Of a stretch of DNA of 64,000 bases, positions 49,225 to 56,938 are shown piece after piece. Under the pieces are notes generated by a model. It was not told where the DNA came from. It searched no databases and saw nothing but the letters and a program-made list of their open reading frames with translations. The stretch is from Pseudomonadota bacterium (lineage in GTDB: Bacteria > Pseudomonadota > Gammaproteobacteria > Ga0077536). The stretch lies in assembly GCA_036130055.1 (NCBI GenBank), contig JAYYOR010000013.1, positions 623 to 64,622 on the forward strand, read 5' to 3'. A program made the translations under genes and the position numbers. Each line of letters begins with the position of its first letter. Positions within the stretch are counted from its first letter, which is position 1.

Positions 49225-51106
49225 TGAACATATCTTTATAAGTTGATTCAAACTTTAGTTCGATCGGAACATCGTATCCTGGTACATAAAGTTTATCACT
49301 TTTTAACTCAAGCTTTTCTTCGTCTATCATTTGGTCGCCGAATTTGTAAATCGGTGTTAAGCCATTTTCTAAACAATATGTATCATAATTTTCGGCATTT
49401 TGGTCAACTGATTCGTTCATTTTCTTATATTTATTGATACGCTGTTGTCCGTATCGTCTCAAAAGCATCATCATAGTAAGAGAGGGTGAAACAACCGTGC
49501 CCGTAGCGTTATTTCCACCAAACCCTTTCGAATTTAAAAACCCTATTTTTGCCGAGTCCCCTAAATTAGTATCATTGAGGATGAAAGAAAGATTTTTTTG
49601 CTCAACATCAGAAGCAATGGAGCTGATCGTTTTTATGCCCGGTATGACTTTGTGTTGAAGGATACCAAGGGTGTTGATCAATTGATCCGCACTAGCAGGG
49701 GCTAGCGAATGTCCAACGAAAGCTTTGACAGCTGTGATTGGCCAGTCGTTGATACCAAATGAGCTGGCAATCTCGCTTAGTATCTTGGATTCAGTCGTTC
49801 TATTTTGAGGCGTGCTTGAACCGTGAGCTTGAACAAAACTGCTTGACCTTACATTTTCAGCTCCGAAGTTGGCTATTGCATTTGCTACGGCTTTTGCCAA
49901 AGTTATGTAATTTCCCGGGCCTGGGGCTGAAATTGAACGCTTGAAACCATCGGCACTTGTAAAGACTTCCATTACTGAGCCATGGATGTTGGCACCTATT
50001 TCAATCGCCAAACTGTCATCCATTAGAACTAGATATTGACTGCTTTCCCCAAGAACAAAGCCACAATTCTCGCCAAAAGGTCTACTTGCTTTCCTATGGT
50101 TAGGATCAGTCGTCCCATCCATTTTGACTAAATTTAGGTCTGTGGCTAGTGCACTCATTGCTGCATATCCCTCAATAATTTCAGGTTCAAGGGGAGCTTC
50201 AGCATTACCCACAATGACAATTTTTCTTTTTCCTTGTTGGATATCGTCGACCGCCAATCTTAGATTGTATAGGAATGTTGCACATGCCCCAGCGTTAGCT
50301 CCTGTGACACCAATGTTCCCCAACACATAAGCATTAATAAAATCAGCGGGCATTGTGTTGAGTCCAAGCGGAAGCTGCTTTGAACTTACTCTTTTCCCTT
50401 TTAACCTCGCTTGTAACATTCCCGCTATTCCATTCGAGTCGAGTTGTGCCATTGCACTTGCAGAATATACAGCAATCTGATCGGGGGGCACGAGTTGCTT
50501 GATCTCGTCCCAATCAATACCAATAGATTTAATTGAATCTGATGCCCCGATTATGGCTAATTGTAAACCTCGAGGATGAAAGTTTGATTTATATAAAGTA
50601 GATGGTTCAAAGCCATCTGGTAAAGAGCTCGCAGCTTGGACAGATAATGAATAGTTTACGTCAGTTTTTAAATCTAGTTCATTTAGTGCTTCTATGGTTG
50701 TTTCATCGCTGTTTTGATCAATGATCTTCCAGGAATCGGGTATTCTACTAGGTAATGTTTTGCTCTTTAAACTAAATATTTTACCTTTCGATGATAATTT
50801 GAGAGATTTTTTTATTTTTGTTGGATTAAAATGGTTTGCATTCAAGGTTCTAATTAAAGTCCCATTGAGAACTTTTTGCTCTAAGGCTTTTATTTCATTT
50901 TCACTTAAACTTTCGCAAGAGTTATTAAAAAATCTTCCTTTTTTAAATTTGCCTAACCTCATTAAAACGGCAAGGGAGCCTATCGTACGTTCCTTCTCGC
51001 GCCTGCTAAGAGAGTCATAAATAATCCGATTATACGCGTGATGAAAAGAACTTCTACCTGCTGAGTTGATGCCTCCAAATCCTACAATCAATGGCAAAGG
51101 TTTCAT
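49214..51106 (-). CDS. fabY: FabY-type beta-ketoacyl-ACP synthase (long KAS I/II-domain initiation enzyme)
   Basis: LP.IVGFGGINSAGRSSFHHAY N-terminus; Cys-His-His triad in GACATFLYNL, QAHGSSTPQNR and GHSL; NSKGFGGNNA; 630 aa. Confidence 0.88.
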   Translation of the reverse strand: MKPLPLIVGFGGINSAGRSSFHHAYNRIIYDSLSRREKERTIGSLAVLMRLGKFKKGRFFNNSCESLSENEIKALEQKVLNGTLIRTLNANHFNPTKIKKSLKLSSKGKIFSLKSKTLPSRIPDSWKIIDQNSDETTIEALNELDLKTDVNYSLSVQAASSLPDGFEPSTLYKSNFHPRGLQLAIIGASDSIKSIGIDWDEIKQLVPPDQIAVYSASAMAQLDSNGIAGMLQARLKGKRVSSKQLPLGLNTMPADFINAYVLGNIGVTGANAGACATFLYNLRLAVDDIQQGKRKIVIVGNAEAPLEPEIIEGYAAMSALATDLNLVKMDGTTDPNHRKASRPFGENCGFVLGESSQYLVLMDDSLAIEIGANIHGSVMEVFTSADGFKRSISAPGPGNYITLAKAVANAIANFGAENVRSSSFVQAHGSSTPQNRTTESKILSEIASSFGINDWPITAVKAFVGHSLAPASADQLINTLGILQHKVIPGIKTISSIASDVEQKNLSFILNDTNLGDSAKIGFLNSKGFGGNNATGTVVSPSLTMMMLLRRYGQQRINKYKKMNESVDQNAENYDTYCLENGLTPIYKFGDQMIDEEKLELKSDKLYVPGYDVPIELKFESTYKDMFNDK

Positions 51107-51168
51107 CCGTAGCCCCCTTTTCTTAATAGAAAATTGGGATTGTATATTTTTTCTTGTTTTGAAAATAA

Positions 51169-51202
51169 GACAAAATAGACAATTAATATGGTATTATTGA
51201 CA
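51169..51202. promoter_or_regulatory. Candidate AraC/GlxA-type tandem binding site
   Basis: GACAAAATAGACA (51169) and GGTATTATTGACA (51190): imperfect direct repeats at 21-bp pitch between the divergent fabY and AraC genes. Confidence 0.45.
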
Positions 51203-51224
51203 CTGACTTTTTTGGTTTTTTTAA

Positions 51225-52220
51225 ATGGAGCTAGCTGCATTAATGAGAGTCGGATTTATATTAACGCCAGGAATGCTTACAACAGGAACAGCCTATCCTT
51301 ATGAAATGTGGTTAGCTGCAAAAGACATGCTTTTGGCAAACAGAATAAAGCTAGAAGTAGATTTGTATCTAATTGCTTCATCTAAAAGAATTACTAAAGG
51401 CCGATTGCCACTCAAACCCGATACTGTAATAAACGAAGCACCAAATATGGATGTTCTTTATTTGCCCGCCCTTTGGCGAAATCCTAACAAAGTGCTTAAT
51501 CTAATTCCTTTGAGACTGGACTCTTGGATTAAAGAAAACGTTATAAAAGGATCCGAGGTGGCTGCCGTTGGTTCCGGGGTTTCCCTTTTGGCTCGAACAG
51601 GGTTGCTCGATAATAAACCAGCCACTACCCATTGGCATTATTTTGAGCAATTCTCTAATCAGTTCCCAAAGGTGGATTTAAAGCGTGACTTTTTCACAAC
51701 GCAATGCGATAAGCTTCATTGCGCCGCTAGCATTAATTCTTTAGCGGACGTTACTGTCCATCTAATAGAAAAACATATTGGTATTGAAATTGCCCTCAAC
51801 ATTGAGAAAAACTTTTCACATGAAGTAAGAAGAAATTATATTTCTCAACGATTTTCTCAAGATTTAGAGTCTCCTTCAGCTGACGAGGTAATACTAGAAG
51901 CAAAAAATTATATTCAGAGTAATATATCCAATAATATATCAATCAACGCTATAGCAAAATCGGCAGGAATTTCTCGAAGAACTCTTGACCGTAGATTTAA
52001 AAATTCAACCGGAGTTACCGTTGGAGGATACCTTCAAAGACAAAGAATTTCGCTAGCAAAAGATCTGTTAAGTCAGACCGATCTACCAATATGTGAGGTG
52101 GCTTGGAACGTGGGATTAAGTGATCCAAGTTATTTTGCCTGGTTGTTTAAGAAAGAGATGTTAGTGAGGCCTAATGAATATCGAAAAATTGTTCGAGCAA
52201 AGTTGTTCAGCAACACGTGA
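51225..52220 (+). CDS. GlxA-family transcriptional regulator (DJ-1/PfpI + AraC HTH)
   Basis: LPALWRNP, GVSLLARTGLLD..ATTHW; AraC ISRRTLDRRFK..G and VGLSDPSYFA.LFKK....P.EYR. Confidence 0.93.
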   Translation: MELAALMRVGFILTPGMLTTGTAYPYEMWLAAKDMLLANRIKLEVDLYLIASSKRITKGRLPLKPDTVINEAPNMDVLYLPALWRNPNKVLNLIPLRLDSWIKENVIKGSEVAAVGSGVSLLARTGLLDNKPATTHWHYFEQFSNQFPKVDLKRDFFTTQCDKLHCAASINSLADVTVHLIEKHIGIEIALNIEKNFSHEVRRNYISQRFSQDLESPSADEVILEAKNYIQSNISNNISINAIAKSAGISRRTLDRRFKNSTGVTVGGYLQRQRISLAKDLLSQTDLPICEVAWNVGLSDPSYFAWLFKKEMLVRPNEYRKIVRAKLFSNT

Positions 52221-52257
52221 TTATCATCAAATAATACTATGTTTTATTTAGACAACC

Positions 52258-53529
52258 ATGACTTATACCAATTCTAAAATCAAATTAATTTGCTTTGTCA
52301 TAAGTGCAGTTACCCTCATTTTGTTTTGTTCGGAAAATATTTTTCATTATCCTTACGGGTTAATGTCATTGATAGGAAGCATTATGCTGATTATGGATAT
52401 TAAAAACAAAAAAGCATGGCAGTATAAACTTTTGTTCCTCTTCTTTTTCTCAATATGGTTACCTATGTTGATAGCTTCTTTTTTTTCAATAAGTCAAGAG
52501 CGGTCTATGTTAACAACAATCTCATATTTGCACTTTCTACCATCTACTTATTTTCTGATGAAAATTAGTACAAACATTGAATTTAGAAGATTTTTCTCAT
52601 ACCTAATCGTTGCTTTTTTTCTTTTTCTCGTTTTGGATTCATTTTTACAAATTTGCATGGATTACAATTTATTCGGCCAAGCGATGATTGATGGAAAAGT
52701 TACAAGTATTTTCTATCCTAAGCAACGATTGGGAATTATTTTAGTGTTGTTTTGTCCAATAGTGATGCACGTTTTATCCGACCTTAAGCCTTCACGTATA
52801 AAATATATTTTTTGTTATGTTCTTTTTTTTAGCTTTATCATAGTATTGGCGCTTACTCTTAAAAGAAGTGCTTGGTTAATGTTTATTTACCTGCTCGCCT
52901 TATTGGCTATTTTTAATTTTCATTACTTTCGAATAATATTTTCATATAAGAACTCCTTGATACTCGTGTTTTTTTTAGGTGTTTGTTTTTTGATCCTACA
53001 GTCTAATCACAATTTAAGAAATTCTATTACAGATTCCTCTGGTCTGGTGTCCTCTGACGCCACCGCACTAAATGTTGCTTCTAATGGTAGGTATGACTTG
53101 TGGAGAACGGGTCTTAATATATTTCAACACAATTTTATTTTTGGAGTAGGGCCGAGGGGCTATCGATATGTTTATAGGGATTTCGCCTCTCCCTCAGATT
53201 TTTGGATAACGAGGTATGGGGCTGTTCAAACACATCCTCATTTGTTTTTAATTGAAATACTATGTGAAACAGGAATTTTTGGTTTTTTAATGTTTGTATT
53301 CGTAAGTATTAAGTTATTTTCGTTATACCGGAAATATGCAGATCCTTGGATTCTAGCAAGCATGTTGGCATTATTTCCATTGAATCTTCATCTCGCTTTT
53401 TATGGTTCATATTGGTCTTCGATTCTATGGTTTTTTTTAGGGCTTGGGTTGGGAAAAATCTACTCCATTCCATTCATGAATAAAAAAATTGGTGCAGTGC
53501 AAGAAAAATATGGTAAATTAACTGAGTAA
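52258..53529 (+). CDS. O-antigen ligase (WaaL/Wzy_C) family membrane protein
   Basis: Multiple TMs; TLKRSAW, GRYDLW, FGVGPRGY, HPH....LCETGIFG. Confidence 0.85.
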   Translation: MTYTNSKIKLICFVISAVTLILFCSENIFHYPYGLMSLIGSIMLIMDIKNKKAWQYKLLFLFFFSIWLPMLIASFFSISQERSMLTTISYLHFLPSTYFLMKISTNIEFRRFFSYLIVAFFLFLVLDSFLQICMDYNLFGQAMIDGKVTSIFYPKQRLGIILVLFCPIVMHVLSDLKPSRIKYIFCYVLFFSFIIVLALTLKRSAWLMFIYLLALLAIFNFHYFRIIFSYKNSLILVFFLGVCFLILQSNHNLRNSITDSSGLVSSDATALNVASNGRYDLWRTGLNIFQHNFIFGVGPRGYRYVYRDFASPSDFWITRYGAVQTHPHLFLIEILCETGIFGFLMFVFVSIKLFSLYRKYADPWILASMLALFPLNLHLAFYGSYWSSILWFFLGLGLGKIYSIPFMNKKIGAVQEKYGKLTE

Positions 53530-53536
53530 AATCCCG

Positions 53537-54511
53537 ATGAAATTATTGCAACTTAAATACATATTAGAAGTAGCACGTCAGAAATTAAATATTTCATTGG
53601 CGGCCGAGGCTCTCTATACTTCGCAACCTGGAATAAGCAAACAAATACGTCAACTCGAAGAAGAGCTCGGAATTAAAATTTTTGAAAGAAAAGGCAAAAA
53701 TTTAGTTGAAATAACAGCGGCCGGCCAAGAGGTGATTCATATCGCGGAGTCAATATTGGAGCAGGTCGAAAATATAAAAAATATATCGAAAGATTTTAAT
53801 GACGCCAGCACGGGGACACTCTCAATAGCTACCACTCATACGTATGCACGATATGTAATGCCAACAATGGTAAAAAAATTTACTTCTAACTATCCGAATG
53901 TTTCTCTTAGAATCCTTCAAGGCACTCCGAATCAAATTCTCGAATTTGTTGAGAATCGTGTCGCAAACTTTGGAATCGTTACCGAGGATCCAGATTTATT
54001 TGCCGGATTAGTGACCTTGCCCTGTTATAATTGGGTTCCCAAAATTGTTGTGCCGAAAAATCACGAGTTAATCAAAATGTCTAAACTAACATTAGCTGAC
54101 ATCGTCAAATACCCTCTTGTCACTTATTTGCCTGGTTTCAATGGAAGGACGAAGGTTGACAAGGCTTTTAAAAAATCTGGTTTGTGCCCTCAAGTTGTTC
54201 TGGAAGCATCAGATACTGATGTTATTAAAACATATGTAAAGCAAGGATTTGGGGTTGGAATTATTGCATCTCCTGCTTATGATGCTGTTGAGGATAAAGA
54301 ATTAAGTTCAATAGATGTCAGTCATTTGTATGAAAAATGTACTACTCAGGTGGTCTTTCGGATGGGGACGGTCTTGAGAGCATATATGCATGACTTTATC
54401 GAGTCTTTTGCTCCGCATCTTTCTCGAGAGATAGTATCTAAGGTACTCAGCAAGGAAAATACCATGGAGCTTAGGCTCGCATTAGATGATATTGAGCTAC
54501 CGTCCTATTAA
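53537..54511 (+). CDS. cysB: LysR-type regulator CysB
   Basis: MKL.QL.Y, LNISLAAEALYTSQPGISKQIRQLEEELG, IATTHT.ARY, D.DVIKTYV, LRAYMHDFIE.FAPHL. Confidence 0.93.
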   Translation: MKLLQLKYILEVARQKLNISLAAEALYTSQPGISKQIRQLEEELGIKIFERKGKNLVEITAAGQEVIHIAESILEQVENIKNISKDFNDASTGTLSIATTHTYARYVMPTMVKKFTSNYPNVSLRILQGTPNQILEFVENRVANFGIVTEDPDLFAGLVTLPCYNWVPKIVVPKNHELIKMSKLTLADIVKYPLVTYLPGFNGRTKVDKAFKKSGLCPQVVLEASDTDVIKTYVKQGFGVGIIASPAYDAVEDKELSSIDVSHLYEKCTTQVVFRMGTVLRAYMHDFIESFAPHLSREIVSKVLSKENTMELRLALDDIELPSY

Positions 54512-54517
54512 AACACT

Positions 54518-55471
54518 ATGAATCGATTAATTGATGTACTCAAAAAGCTGAATAGCAGACATTCTGTTTCAGGCTCAAAAATTGCGAAGGAGTTGGGGAT
54601 AACTAGAGCGGCGGTTTGGAGGCGAATAAAACATTTACAGCAGTTAGGTCTTTGTATTATTAGCAATCCGGGAAAAGGTTATCGATTGGGATATGATTTT
54701 GAAAAGTTGGATTCCAATGTAATTCAACAAAGTCTAGGAAAAAAGGTTAGAATAGATGTTGTTTGGGAAACCTCGTCGACTAACACTGAGGTCTTTTCGA
54801 ATATAGATAAAGTTGAGTTGCCGAGAGTTTTAATAGCCGAATATCAGCATGAAGGAAGAGGACGGAGAAATGATCGTTGGCTTTCTCCTCTCGGTAGCGG
54901 TCTTTGCATGTCTTTGGGATGGAAATTTCAGAGTCTGCCGCCAACGATACCTTCTTTGGGTCTAGTTGTTGGGTTAGCTATTGTTGATACTTTAGAAAAG
55001 CTAGGCTGTACGTCCATAAAAATCAAATGGCCTAATGATGTATTTTTTGATGGAAAAAAAATTGCTGGTTGTCTAATTGATTTGAAGACTGAGCTTAGCG
55101 GCTCATCATATGCAGTGATTGGAATAGGCATAAATATATCTTTGGACAGTGGGATAAAGGCGAGTATAGACCAGCCAGTTGCTGATTTGTGCGATGTGCT
55201 AGATTCGAAAATTTCGAGAAATAAGCTGGCCGGAAAGCTGGTCGGTTCACTGATTCGTGCTTTAGAAACATTCGAGAAGACCGGATTCAAATGTTTCAGA
55301 GATAAATTTTTAGCAAAAGATTTACTCTATGGAGAAAAAATTACTATTAATATTAAAGATGAAAAACCGTCTGGTTACGCGGCTGGTGTTGATTGGGATG
55401 GGGCACTATTACTTGATGTTGATGGAAGAATAAGACGTTTTTATACTGGTCATGTGACAATAGTTCAGTAA
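54518..55471 (+). CDS. birA: Biotin-protein ligase/repressor BirA
   Basis: wHTH SGSKIAKELGITRAAVW, STN, AEYQ..GRGR, KWPND, KIAG.L, GIGIN. Confidence 0.96.
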   Translation: MNRLIDVLKKLNSRHSVSGSKIAKELGITRAAVWRRIKHLQQLGLCIISNPGKGYRLGYDFEKLDSNVIQQSLGKKVRIDVVWETSSTNTEVFSNIDKVELPRVLIAEYQHEGRGRRNDRWLSPLGSGLCMSLGWKFQSLPPTIPSLGLVVGLAIVDTLEKLGCTSIKIKWPNDVFFDGKKIAGCLIDLKTELSGSSYAVIGIGINISLDSGIKASIDQPVADLCDVLDSKISRNKLAGKLVGSLIRALETFEKTGFKCFRDKFLAKDLLYGEKITINIKDEKPSGYAAGVDWDGALLLDVDGRIRRFYTGHVTIVQ

Positions 55472-55475
55472 ATTC

Positions 55476-56228
55476 ATGAAGATATTTCTAGATATTGGTA
55501 ATACTTTTGTTAAAACAGCATCAAGTCGGGATAATAAACTCGAAGATGGTTTAAAGGTACTTACAGAAAAGTTCGTTGAACAACCAAAAAATTACCTTCA
55601 AGACAGTGAGCCCGAGAATACTAGGATCTTTATTTCGAGTGTCCGTGGAGAAATATTCGATTCTGCTTTGATAAAAAAAATAAATGATTATGGATATTTA
55701 TGTAATCTTATAAAGGTTCGTGAAGAATTTTGTGGATTTAAAACCTTGTACAACCCCGGTTCGCTTGGAGTCGATAGATGGCTCGCTTGTTTAGCAGCTA
55801 ATTATAAATATGGTCATGATATCGTGGTTGTTGATGCTGGCACTGCAATTACAGTGGATATAGTTTCCGGCAATGGCCTTCATCTTGGTGGATATATTAC
55901 AGCTGGGTTAGGTGAGTTGGGAAATAAAATAAACTCATCAACAAATTTAAAATGTGAGGATATTTCGCTTATACCACTTGATAGTTTACCTGCACAGACT
56001 GATGATGCTTTGATTTCGGGTAATCTGATTATGATGAGAGGTTTTTTTAAACAGATTGAAAAAATAATTACTAATGCTCGATTCGGAATGGCACTTAATA
56101 ATGATTTTAAATGGGTTGTTACGGGGGGAGATTGTCATTTGGCTGGTGCATGCCTAAGTGTTCCTTTTTTTACTAATCCTAAACTCGTTCTCGAAGGTGC
56201 TTTAATTTATAGCCTTTATTGGGACTGA
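55476..56228 (+). CDS. coaX: Type III pantothenate kinase
   Basis: LDIGNT..K, LGVDRW, VVDAGTAITVD, HLGGYI, TGGD, LVLEG. Confidence 0.95.
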   Translation: MKIFLDIGNTFVKTASSRDNKLEDGLKVLTEKFVEQPKNYLQDSEPENTRIFISSVRGEIFDSALIKKINDYGYLCNLIKVREEFCGFKTLYNPGSLGVDRWLACLAANYKYGHDIVVVDAGTAITVDIVSGNGLHLGGYITAGLGELGNKINSSTNLKCEDISLIPLDSLPAQTDDALISGNLIMMRGFFKQIEKIITNARFGMALNNDFKWVVTGGDCHLAGACLSVPFFTNPKLVLEGALIYSLYWD

Positions 56229-56286
56229 ACCCCGTTTACTAATTTAAACTCGTCTGTCAACAAAAAACTCTTTTTGTCGATTAAAT

Positions 56287-56305
56287 AATCAATAAGAAAT
56301 TGATT
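56287..56305. promoter_or_regulatory. Inverted repeat AATCAAT-N5-ATTGATT (candidate operator)
   Basis: Perfect 7-bp arms read directly in the gap between coaX and the orphan ORF. Confidence 0.4.
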
Positions 56306-56338
56306 TTGTTGTCAAGATCGGCAAATTTGCGTTAATAT

Positions 56339-56360
56339 AACGGCAATATGTTGCCGTTTT
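56339..56360 (+). promoter_or_regulatory. Palindrome AACGGCAA-TATG-TTGCCGTT followed by TT (operator or weak terminator)
   Basis: Perfect 8-bp arms; lies just downstream of a possible TTGTCA-N18-TAATAT promoter and about 30 bp before ATG 56388. Confidence 0.5.
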
Positions 56361-56387
56361 AGGCAAAAAAGGGTTTATTAATTAAAA

Positions 56388-56825
56388 ATGGCTATGACAT
56401 CTTCAAATATAGCAATATCAGCGAATGCAGAACAAAACAATGATCAGTCTAAGGTTGGTCAAAATAGAAATTCTGAAGATATAAATCGCAATCGTGAGCT
56501 TTTTAAAGCGGCGTTTGACGGAGCAAGTCTTGCTGGTATTCGGGGTTTTGCAGAAGATTCTTCCAGAGTGGACGGCCCTAAGATGGCTGGGATAAGGGGC
56601 TTCCAAGATGAGGATTTTACGGGTGGTGCCCCAAGAATGGCTGGGATAAGGGGGTACTCTGATCAGTCTGTTGCACCCTCTGGTGGTCCAAATTTTGCGG
56701 ACACTGCTGGAATTATGAGGATAAGGGATTCGGGTGCCATAACAGAGCCAACTGTACAATTCAAAAATAGTGGGGTCAGAGCTTATCAAGATATGCTGGG
56801 CATGCCGATGGTTGCCGTGGGCTGA
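56388..56825 (+). CDS. Orphan protein with tandem AGIRG[FY] repeats
   Basis: 145-aa ORF; repeats at an exact 54-nt period, with synonymous codon differences in the first copy supporting this frame as coding. Confidence 0.75.
   Translation: MAMTSSNIAISANAEQNNDQSKVGQNRNSEDINRNRELFKAAFDGASLAGIRGFAEDSSRVDGPKMAGIRGFQDEDFTGGAPRMAGIRGYSDQSVAPSGGPNFADTAGIMRIRDSGAITEPTVQFKNSGVRAYQDMLGMPMVAVG
56529..56690 (+). repeat. Three 54-nt (18-aa) imperfect tandem repeats
   Basis: ATGGCTGGGATAAGGGG is identical at 56583 and 56637; the first copy is CTTGCTGGTATTCGGGGT at 56529. Confidence 0.9.
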
Positions 56826-56849
56826 TAAGTGAGCTATCTAAGTTAAGGA

Positions 56850-56922
56850 GCCGGCTTAGCTCAGTTGGTAGAGCAGTTGCCTTGTAAGCATCAGGTCGTC
56901 CGTTCGAGTCGGACAGCCGGCA
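56850..56922 (+). tRNA. tRNA-Thr (anticodon TGT); CCA not encoded
   Basis: Cloverleaf: acceptor GCCGGCT/AGCCGGC, D arm GCTC-AGTTGGTA-GAGC, anticodon loop CT-TGT-AA, T arm GTCCG-TTCGAGT-CGGAC; followed by A-CCG. Confidence 0.96.
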
Positions 56923-56938
56923 CCGAATGAACAGCAAA

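Noticed and set aside
49214-51106. Polyketide or other secondary-metabolite cluster
   Set aside because: The single KS matches FabY-type primary fatty-acid initiation, and no ACP, chain-length factor, AT or tailoring genes are adjacent.
56339-56358. Sigma-54 promoter in CGGCAATATGTTGC
   Set aside because: The GG-to-GC spacing is 9 nt rather than the required 10.
56529-56690. CRISPR array (repeat-spacer look of ATGGCTGGGATAAGGGG)
   Set aside because: Only two identical 17-nt copies exist, the third differs mainly at synonymous positions, the period is an in-frame 54 nt, and no cas genes are present; it is a coding repeat.
56529-56690. Type IV prepilin cleavage sites (RG|F) in the repeat protein
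   Set aside because: The residues after G|F are acidic or polar, not the required hydrophobic helix.
56418-56789. 123-aa antisense ORF with PYPSH repeats
   Set aside because: It is the mirror of the AGIRG repeats. The first repeat is conserved in the plus frame (AGIRG) but not in the minus frame (PNTSK), which favours the plus strand.
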